Shown here: positions 44,686 to 53,800 of the stretch, piece by piece
Numbering within the stretch: the first letter of the stretch is position 1
Layout: every line of letters starts with the position of its first letter
Source: a virus
Lineage: Duplodnaviria; Heunggongvirae; Uroviricota; Caudoviricetes
IMG/VR virus record: IMGVR_UViG_3300037418_003103
Length of the DNA: 64,000 nt
Direction: 5' to 3' (one strand)
Notes under the pieces: generated by a model
The model's input: only the letters and a program-made list of their open reading frames with translations
The model's database searches: none
What the model was told of the DNA's origin: nothing
Made by a program: the position numbers and the translations under genes

Positions 44686-45888
44686 TTAAAAATTAATTGT
44701 AATATTTAAGGCCAAGTATTCATTTACATTCCTCTCTACCTGCCTGTCAGTTTTGGCAATTGCAATCATATCCATATCTGCATCGTATAATGCGACTTCA
44801 CTTATTCTTGGAATATCGGATGGCTTATATGTTGTATTAGTTGAACCCCCAAATTCGCCTCTTTTGGCCAAACAAGTAAAGCTTTGAGTTATAACTGTTG
44901 ATAGAGTTGTAGCGCTGACTGATGTCTGAGCGTCATGAATCCCTATAAAAAAATTGTTTGTTATTGTTGGATGAGTGATCACAATAAATCCCATATCTAA
45001 GTAAGCTACTCCAACACAAATATCCGCTACTTTTCCCTGGCTTTCATCACTTGTTAAGTTAAACAGCTCCTTATTATTAACAGAAAACGGTTTATGACTT
45101 CCAAAGCCTGTGGACCAACTCAAGGTAGAATCGTTATTAGGCTTCTGAATCTGATCAGAAAATAAAAAAGCAATATTATTTCCTATTTCGTTCGCACTAC
45201 TCATTGTTTCAGAATACTTTGCATCTTCAGTATATGCATCAGTACCTTTATTCATAAATGTGCTGTAAATGTTGAAAATGCCTGTAGAAGTGTTCAGGTG
45301 TAATTGAATAGATTTTCCATCAATCATTTCTCCACAACTTGCATCGTCAAAACCTATTACAATAATATTGTTAGATGCTATACCACTTAAAGCTGTATCT
45401 AAAAATCCGTTCGCATTAATCTTTATTGATGTGTATCTTTCAACTTCAGAAGAGGTTATAGGTAGTCCAAATGAATGAAATAAATTTACATTTTCATCCA
45501 GGTTTGTATTTAATTTATTTACTAATTTTTGACTTAATTTAGTGCTATCAAGAACCACACTATTGACTTGTTTTAATTCACTTATAATAGTCGAAGAGTT
45601 ATCTTCAACAGGCTTCACGAGTAAGCCTGAGCTCCCCAAAATTAAATTACTTCTCAATTTGACGTTAGGCGCAACGCTATTGCTTACGGTTGATTTAACT
45701 CCTAGAGCTCCTCCATTACTAGGAACATTACCTGTGCCTAAATCAAGGATCGTGTTGTAATTAGCATCAGAATCTCCAAGTCCAAAAGAAGTAACTAAAG
45801 AACTTGTATTTGCTATTAATTTAGCTCTTCCCACTGGGGTGAACTTTGCTGTAAGTGTGAGCGTTTCGCCGCTTGTTATAAATCCCAT
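44686..45888 (-). CDS. virion structural (baseplate/tail collar-like) protein
   Basis: T..GR..., F.LGDS, C-terminal ISEV.LYD...AIAK. Confidence 0.65.
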   Translation of the reverse strand: MGFITSGETLTLTAKFTPVGRAKLIANTSSLVTSFGLGDSDANYNTILDLGTGNVPSNGGALGVKSTVSNSVAPNVKLRSNLILGSSGLLVKPVEDNSSTIISELKQVNSVVLDSTKLSQKLVNKLNTNLDENVNLFHSFGLPITSSEVERYTSIKINANGFLDTALSGIASNNIIVIGFDDASCGEMIDGKSIQLHLNTSTGIFNIYSTFMNKGTDAYTEDAKYSETMSSANEIGNNIAFLFSDQIQKPNNDSTLSWSTGFGSHKPFSVNNKELFNLTSDESQGKVADICVGVAYLDMGFIVITHPTITNNFFIGIHDAQTSVSATTLSTVITQSFTCLAKRGEFGGSTNTTYKPSDIPRISEVALYDADMDMIAIAKTDRQVERNVNEYLALNITINF

Positions 45889-45893
45889 TTTAT

Positions 45894-48029
45894 TTAAAAA
45901 TCTATTGAAGGCTCTATCATTATTACTGCACCACTCACTAATTCTATCGGTGCGTTAAGTTTTCCTATTATTACTAAATTCTTATCAGTGTCATATATGC
46001 CAACTTCTGATATGTATAAATTAGGAGCGTTTTGCATACTGCTGTTACGAGTTGGATTACTTGTTGTGTTATACTGAGAAGCACTTATTCTTAGATCAAA
46101 TATAGTCTTATAAATAGTAGCTCCAATATAAGTATCTATATTACCATAAAAGAACCTCTCATCTCCAAACTGTAAAACATCAACACCTGTTGTATTTGCT
46201 GCAAGTGAAAGTGACTGAGTTATATCAAAAATATTAGAGGTAGAGTCAATTTGTTTGGTAAGGATAAATCCAATAGCACTTGATACCTGAGTCTCCAATT
46301 TTATTGGGTCTATGGTTTGTCCAGCAAGTGTTGTAATCGCTGTACTTGTAAAATCAGAAACTTTCCAAGCGCCAGGATCTGGCCTTAAAGTATTATTATC
46401 AACTATTTGATAAATCAATTTAAAATTTTTAGCACTAAAGCCAGATCCATCATAGGTTCCTTTCTCGGTTTTCCTCATATAAGATAATAAATCAATATCA
46501 TTAATTTTAAAAGAAACGTCTTTAGTTGAGTTTGAGTTATTATCAATTTTTATGTATGTTTGACAAGGTAGAGTTGTTCCTACGCCGTCGCCAGTATTAT
46601 CTAGTAAGTAAGTTAAATACATTGTTTTATTAGACGGCAAAACTCCATTGGTTGAGCCGCTTGTCGGAGGTACCAGAGAAGCGCTTAATTCAGGAAGTGT
46701 CCAATTTCTATTTGACTTGTAGGATAAAGAAGCAACAATTTCGTCGTTATGAAATACGATTAATTTAAGTTGCGGATACACTCTTCCTACCACCTTTGGC
46801 GTGGCATCATTAATAAGCGTTTCATCCTCTAATAAATCAATATATTGTATATCACTATTCCCGATTAATTTTGTACTTCCGCTAGCAACGAAATTCATTC
46901 CCATGTTCACACCAGCTTCGGTATCAAAATTTCTTCTATGATACATTATTGTAGGAATGCTCACTGTAACCGTTTTGTTTTTAGTAGTATCTATATACAG
47001 GAATTCTCCATAAAAATTAGAAATAGTATTATTTGTATAGTGAATTATTGATAAAGATTTTGGAAAAGGATCAACATAACTATTACCATTGCTACCACAG
47101 TTAATAATCATATCATTTATTTCATCTTGATTTTCGTATTCTAAATAAGGACTTATGGTCCCCAAGTAATCATATGAGCCAAACTTCGTAAAATCTTCGT
47201 ATAATTTTGTTGTTGTTAAACCTGTAATTCCTGCTAAATTTTCAGACCAAACATTGTTCATGTTCCATATAGGAACATCATTACATGATACACTTGATGA
47301 AGAATCAAAAGAAAGTGTTCCCGTATCCCAATAAGCTACGGGTGTAGATAAGCCAAAAGCGTCGGCAATTTCACCACCTTGGTAAATGTACACTATAGAA
47401 TTATTAACAACATCATTTGTATATCTAGGTAAATTTCTATCTAACGTAACACTTGTAGAATTTGTTGACTGAATTTTAAACCACAAATAAGGTAACGGTA
47501 TTTCATTATTGGTTACATCTAAAGCCGTAGTATCAGATGCATCATTAAGCAACTTCAATAAAAGAAAATCTCCTGCATTTCTTTGAATTGTAGAGGATAG
47601 CGTAAGTATTTTTGTTCCATTTATGTTAGCATTTGATACGCTGCCCACGCTCTTAACATAAGGCGTGCCAGTAAGGCTTAAAAAATCCGTGGCTGTATTT
47701 GCTGAAAAAAAGCCACGAGTATCTGCCTTATTATTAACTGTTGCCTTGACTACATTTATGTTTGAAGATAGAATAGTATTAAGTGGTTGGCCATTGTTAC
47801 TCGTCAAGAAATATTTTATTGAGGGTTGCTGATCCAAAGGCCTTAATATTTTTGAATCCATGGGAACGCCATCGCTCAAACCAATTAATGCTTGCCTTTC
47901 GTAATTTACTTCTGAGTCGCCTAAACTCCAGTAAGCAAAGTCCAATTGGCCTTTGGAAATCTTTTCTCGTCCAATTTCAGTTAATTTAACTGAAACAAAT
48001 GCGGAGTTGGTTTTGATAATATAGCTCAA
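45894..48029 (-). CDS. virion structural protein, paralog of 44686..45888
   Basis: KLTEIGR, LGDSE, ISEVGIYD...IGK; TTG start. Confidence 0.65.
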   Translation of the reverse strand: MSYIIKTNSAFVSVKLTEIGREKISKGQLDFAYWSLGDSEVNYERQALIGLSDGVPMDSKILRPLDQQPSIKYFLTSNNGQPLNTILSSNINVVKATVNNKADTRGFFSANTATDFLSLTGTPYVKSVGSVSNANINGTKILTLSSTIQRNAGDFLLLKLLNDASDTTALDVTNNEIPLPYLWFKIQSTNSTSVTLDRNLPRYTNDVVNNSIVYIYQGGEIADAFGLSTPVAYWDTGTLSFDSSSSVSCNDVPIWNMNNVWSENLAGITGLTTTKLYEDFTKFGSYDYLGTISPYLEYENQDEINDMIINCGSNGNSYVDPFPKSLSIIHYTNNTISNFYGEFLYIDTTKNKTVTVSIPTIMYHRRNFDTEAGVNMGMNFVASGSTKLIGNSDIQYIDLLEDETLINDATPKVVGRVYPQLKLIVFHNDEIVASLSYKSNRNWTLPELSASLVPPTSGSTNGVLPSNKTMYLTYLLDNTGDGVGTTLPCQTYIKIDNNSNSTKDVSFKINDIDLLSYMRKTEKGTYDGSGFSAKNFKLIYQIVDNNTLRPDPGAWKVSDFTSTAITTLAGQTIDPIKLETQVSSAIGFILTKQIDSTSNIFDITQSLSLAANTTGVDVLQFGDERFFYGNIDTYIGATIYKTIFDLRISASQYNTTSNPTRNSSMQNAPNLYISEVGIYDTDKNLVIIGKLNAPIELVSGAVIMIEPSIDF

Positions 48030-48041
48030 GTTTATAAATTT

Positions 48042-48228
48042 TTAAGATAACGTGCATTCCTGCACAATTTTGTTATTTAATTTGTTTATTTCCTGCTTCG
48101 CAGTACCCCTTTTCTTCCTCTCAGAAGATGAACTAGGTACTCCACAGGCTTCACTTCCCTCGGACTTCGAGGTAGGGCTGTAATTAGCCAGATTTATTGC
48201 TGCGTTCAAGTGTTGTTGTAAATTCATA
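48042..48228 (-). mobile_element. TnpB (IS200/605/IS607) 3'-end remnant
   Basis: NAAINL....T....GSEACG.....KQE C-terminal signature. Confidence 0.7.
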
Positions 48229-48266
48229 TTTATTATATTAATAAATAGTTTAAAAGTCAATAGTTG

Positions 48267-50591
48267 TTAATATGCATTTATTGAATTGGTTGTTATTTTA
48301 ACTGGAACCGATTCTGAGTATGAAATTGTACTTATTATATTATTAGTTACTGTCTTATAATTTTTTTGATTCTTTATTCTATAATAAAGTGTATTTCCTC
48401 CATTTCCAGTTATTTTTAAAATGCCATGGTACACAGATACGCCTATCTCATAAGAAACTACCGATGTATAAATAAAAGACTCAAAATTAATATCCTGGCT
48501 CAACTCAATAGTAAAATTTCCATTTACATCAGTGGGCGCAAAATCTACTCCCCAAGCAATTACATTATTAGTGTTGTTAATACCATTAATAACTTCTGCC
48601 GCTGGAAAATAAAAAATATTAATAACGTCTCCAATCATAAGTGAACCATTTAATATTATTCTTCTTGTATCAGAAATTGATTGATAGAAATCAATACCAC
48701 TTGTTAAAGTGACAGCATTTATTGTTACAATAATAGCATATCCTGCAACTGGTGTAAGGCTACAATAAATTTCATACATGCCAGTTGTTGTATTATAAAA
48801 ATAATTACTGCTACCCTGCGTTCCTGTTGATCCACTAGGGATTACCGATACTATATGAATAGAATCTGATTTGATGCCAACCTCACCATATTTATTGTAA
48901 ATTACACTAACTACATCATTAGATGTCACGTCGCCGCTTAACGATATTGTATTATCCGCATAAGTGTAATCCAAATTATTAGAAAGGATCACTCCATTTA
49001 ATGTTAACAAGAAATCACCCTGAAAGTCAAAATTTATTGGTAGAACACTGATTGGCGCTGCGCTATCAACAGGTATTACTTCTTGTACAAGAGATGAAGT
49101 TGAGGTGGGTGTAGAAGCAGTGGTGCCTCCTGAGTTAACATTACTACTTGCAATGAAAAAAGGTGTTTGTGCTTTATTTACTGCAATAAAATAATAATCA
49201 GTACTTGGATCATAAAGCTGATAAGTACCAGTTACCTTATAATCTGAGGTTTTTACGGTCTTTCCTAATCTATTTAGAAAGTCTGTACATGCATTGAATT
49301 CATAATAGCCTTTAATTACATATTCACCATCTAGACTCAATCCGCTTATTGGAATGTTATCGTACAAGACATTACTTGACTGAAAATCAGCATAAGATAT
49401 TGGAGCACTTTGAAACACAGGGGGTGTGACAAACACCCCTATATCTGAATTAAACTTATAAACGCCATAATTAAATGTGACAGGAGTACCAGTAAATGAG
49501 GTAGTATTTCCCGTAAAATTAAATGATACAGGTATCGTGCTTGATGGAGAGGCTATAAAAACGCCCGAAGGCATTTCTGCAGGAATTATCTGAGTAGTTG
49601 TTCCAGAGCATGTTGTGTATTCAAATCTTACGCACTTATATCCATCATCACAATTAGACAACAAATACGGGTCTGGACAACTATAACCAATAGTTGTTCC
49701 TATATCATAATAACCGCCTATCTTATCACGCGTAGAGAATATTACATTTGCTTGTGTTGAACCAGAATCTGTTGCACCTGTTAAAACTGCAAAACTACTA
49801 GGGTGATAAATCTCAGCGCCAAAAGCAGATACATCACCATCATTCATGCCTTCCATATGGATGATATTTGCGCCAGAATCAAGATAAATAGGAAACACGC
49901 TCCAAATATTAAAATTACACGTTAAATCAACTAAAGTACCTGTATTAAATACCTCAATGTTATTTAAACTGAATTTACAATAATTGTCAGCAGCTAATCC
50001 AACATAATATATACCTGGTTCGTCAATGTTGACGCACGAAGTAAACCCAACCCATTGTCCAGTATATGCGGCTATACCAACAGAATTTAACCGACCACTA
50101 CTTAAATCTCCATTTTGATACGCCCAGAATGAATTTGCACTTTGCGTAATAGCAGTTATAATTTGACCATTCTGGTCTTTAATTTTTCCATAATTAGCAC
50201 CTTGATCTACAAAACTTAGAGGTAAGGACGTATGTTCTAAATCTACCTGAGGGAAAAAATATGCTGCAAGACTATATCCGTCACTGGTATTACCTGCCGT
50301 AATTACACTTCCTTGCTGTCCATTATATATAGCAGTTGTTGTTGTTTTTTTAACGCATGTAACCCCATCAATATCAAGAGTATAATCTGACGGACAGGAG
50401 CAAGAACCCTCTATCTCTGTGGGAAAATCAGTAACATTTCCACTCAAACTGCCTATTTTAGTTGCACCACTAATATCAAAGGTTGGCGTATTAAAGACAC
50501 ATAGATCTGAACTCATACTAACATTAGGCATTGCCTTGTTTCTAGGCCCTGTGTATTTATTCTGTATATATATTCTTTCTTGATACCTCAT
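48267..50591 (-). CDS. tail/structural protein with Cys-flanked beta-sandwich domain
   Basis: 774 aa; shares a domain with 50855..56704. Confidence 0.7.
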   Translation of the reverse strand: MRYQERIYIQNKYTGPRNKAMPNVSMSSDLCVFNTPTFDISGATKIGSLSGNVTDFPTEIEGSCSCPSDYTLDIDGVTCVKKTTTTAIYNGQQGSVITAGNTSDGYSLAAYFFPQVDLEHTSLPLSFVDQGANYGKIKDQNGQIITAITQSANSFWAYQNGDLSSGRLNSVGIAAYTGQWVGFTSCVNIDEPGIYYVGLAADNYCKFSLNNIEVFNTGTLVDLTCNFNIWSVFPIYLDSGANIIHMEGMNDGDVSAFGAEIYHPSSFAVLTGATDSGSTQANVIFSTRDKIGGYYDIGTTIGYSCPDPYLLSNCDDGYKCVRFEYTTCSGTTTQIIPAEMPSGVFIASPSSTIPVSFNFTGNTTSFTGTPVTFNYGVYKFNSDIGVFVTPPVFQSAPISYADFQSSNVLYDNIPISGLSLDGEYVIKGYYEFNACTDFLNRLGKTVKTSDYKVTGTYQLYDPSTDYYFIAVNKAQTPFFIASSNVNSGGTTASTPTSTSSLVQEVIPVDSAAPISVLPINFDFQGDFLLTLNGVILSNNLDYTYADNTISLSGDVTSNDVVSVIYNKYGEVGIKSDSIHIVSVIPSGSTGTQGSSNYFYNTTTGMYEIYCSLTPVAGYAIIVTINAVTLTSGIDFYQSISDTRRIILNGSLMIGDVINIFYFPAAEVINGINNTNNVIAWGVDFAPTDVNGNFTIELSQDINFESFIYTSVVSYEIGVSVYHGILKITGNGGNTLYYRIKNQKNYKTVTNNIISTISYSESVPVKITTNSINAY

Positions 50592-50830
50592 TAATATGAT
50601 ATTTCTATTGAGACAACTTTATAATTATTGTTTTTTATGCCCATTTCAGGTGATGCATCCAAATATTCAACGCTTTCAGCTCTAGTAAAATTCTGTAATA
50701 AACCAGTAAAAGAAGTAAAATTTATATAATCTTCTCCCTGGATATCAGATATAATAACAATGCTGCTAGCTAACTCAGCTCTGATATTATTAATTAATTT
50801 ACCTTCTATGTTTTTTAATATTTGTAGCAT
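50591..50830 (-). CDS. hypothetical protein
   Basis: 79-aa ORF. Confidence 0.6.
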   Translation of the reverse strand: MLQILKNIEGKLINNIRAELASSIVIISDIQGEDYINFTSFTGLLQNFTRAESVEYLDASPEMGIKNNNYKVVSIEISY

Positions 50831-50854
50831 TATTAATAAATATCTATTTTAAAT

Positions 50855-53800
50855 TTAAACATTGGATATAAATTTACTGTTAGATTCAGTGATTACTCTT
50901 CCAATAAATTCAGATCCAATATTAAGTTGCTTAATATATACTTTTTTATATGTTCCTATATTAAAATTAGGTATAAGAGAAGCACTTACATCGCCCATGA
51001 TAATAGATGTAGTTATATCAATATCTTCGTTTCCATTACAAGGACTTAGTACACTACCATCTCCATAATTGTCATCGCCAAATTCAAGCGTATATCTCTT
51101 ATACTGAAATTTTTGCATATCAAAAATAGTATTTGTAAAAATCTTTGTTGCACCCCAAATAGTTGTGGACGGAATTACCTGTTCAATTAAATCATTCCAA
51201 TAGTTGCCTATTAATTTAGTAAAGGCATCCATGCTTGAATAATTAAACTTAGAACTTACTTTATTACAATATTCTTCACTATTCAAATATCTATCATATA
51301 CTGACCTTAGCGTCGGATATGAACTTATAGTTTGTCTGGATTTAGCATCGATTAATTCGCCAACAAATTGTTTTTGAAAATCATCAATTACGCTCAATTC
51401 ATTTATTGGTTCGGTTACAAGAGAAGAAATATTAAAATGATTATCGCCACAACTAAATCCGTTATCATTATCACCACAAACCACGTTCACAATATTAAGT
51501 GTTGTCACGCCAGTTTCTGTTGTTACGCCACTTATCACTTTATCTGTGTATGTTTGCACAACAGTATAAATTGTAGTTTCTCCTGTTACTGTAACTTGAT
51601 CAGTAACTACTGTTTCTCCAGTTATTGTAGTCTCAGTCTGCTGTGCAGTAATACCTGTTACAATAATAGACCTGCAAATAATTCCTCCGTCCTCAGTACA
51701 ACTAACAGGTGAGTATGATGTTGGACAAGAATAGCCTACTGTGGTACCAACGTCAAAATACTTTCCTCTTTTACTTAATGTTGAAAATATAACTCCAGCA
51801 TCAACAGTATTAGTTGCAGCAGTTAATGCCGCTAAATTAGTTGGATGATAAATTTCTGCAGCAAAGGCACTCGGATTTCCATTAGTCGGTCCGCTTTCAT
51901 TTCTACCAAGCATTTTTATAATATTAGCGCCAGAATCAAGATGAATCGGAAACACTGTCCATATATTAAAATTACTAGTTGAAGCGGTCAGGATACCTGT
52001 ATCAAAAATTAAAACTTCATTAATTGTAACCTGGCAAAAGTTATCAGCACCAATGCCCACATAATAAGTTCCAGACTCTGGTATATTTACACACTCTGAA
52101 AATCCCACCCATTCATCCTGATACGCTAAGATTCCAGCTGAATTCAAACGTCCATTAATTGTATTATCAGTTCCCCAGAAAGAGCTAGAAAGTTGAAAAT
52201 CGTTAGATAATATGCCACCGCTTTGATCTATAAGTTTACCATAATTGTCATCATTACCGTAGTGAAAAGGCAATACACTAGAATTTAAATCTATTTGTGG
52301 AAAGAAATACGTCGCAATTGAATAATTGGTGCTTGTGTCTCCTATAACAATTTTAGATCCACTACCATTGAACGTAGCCGTTGTTTCTAATATTTTCTTA
52401 CAAGCATCGTTTGCAGGCGTAGCCGAATATCCTGATGGACAAGAATAAGTTATTGTTGTTGCAGTGCTAGATGTTATTTCTATAGATGTTGTTATATCTG
52501 TATTAGCTGTAATAACAACCTGTGGTATTTGTGTTTGTGTCAACACGGGTATCGTGCTTGTTGTAACATAAGTTCTTCCTGTTATAACAGGAAAAGAAAC
52601 TTCCTCAAATTTTGTATTGCAATTACAGCAATATTCTGTAGTGCCAGTGGTATATGTAATACCTGTAACAACCGCTGTTCCAACCACTATACTATTTCCA
52701 GTAACCACAACATCGCTATATACTACTGTTGTTCCTGTTAATATAGTATCAACACTTTGTTCTGTAACATCAGCTATATCTATATGAATACACTCATAGC
52801 CAGACGAACTACAAGTAGATAATTTATAAAGCACAGGACTTGTAGGACATGAGTAACCGACAGTCTCGCCCACATCAAACCTAAGTCCAATTTTATCTTT
52901 AGTACTAAAGATAACACCAGTCTGTTCAATGGTAGTTGCTGCAGTTAGTGCTGCAAAACTAGTTGGTTTATAAATTTCAGCGCCGAAAGATCCTGTATTT
53001 GTAGAGGTACGGGTACCTAAGTTCTGGCCCTTCATTTCTATAATGTTAGTTCCTGAATTAAGATAAATAGGAAAAACATTCCACGCTTGAAAACTATTCA
53101 TCCAAGGATAAACATTTCCTGTATCGAAAATCATTACTCCATTCAAACTAAATTGGCAGAAATTGTCAGCACCAATACCCACATAATATACTCCAGGTGT
53201 ATCTATATTTAAACAATGAGTAAAACCCGCCCACTCATTATCTGTTGGAAGGATACCCACCTCATTTAATCTTCCTGAATCAGTTCCATGAGATCCCCAA
53301 AAGCTATTGTTTGACACGTTTGTAGGACTATATACAACACCGTTATTACCAACCAAATTTTGCGTATCTCCAGTATAATGAAGAGATAGATCAGATGTCA
53401 AATCTGTGTTTATTTGTGGGAAAAACCATGCACCATATATTCCAAAATGAGTTGGGTTCTTATCTCCAGCAACAATTATTGGTCCATACGAATTAAATGT
53501 GGCTTGTATTGTCAATATTTGCTCACATTTGTCCTTATTTGGCGTTAAACTATATCCTGTTGGACAGGTGAATTCAATACTTGATACAGTCTTAGAAGTA
53601 ACTTCGGTCACGCCGCTTGTAACAGTTGTTGACGTGACAACAGTAGTAGATGTTAGAATAGTATCACGAGTAACAGCAGTATAAACACTCATACTGCTAC
53701 AAATATTGCTCTCAAGATTAATAGTGTTTCCTGTTAGTATACAAGGGTTATCTGAGATGTATGACCAAACATCAGATTCAATTGCTTTAGCTATACTAAT

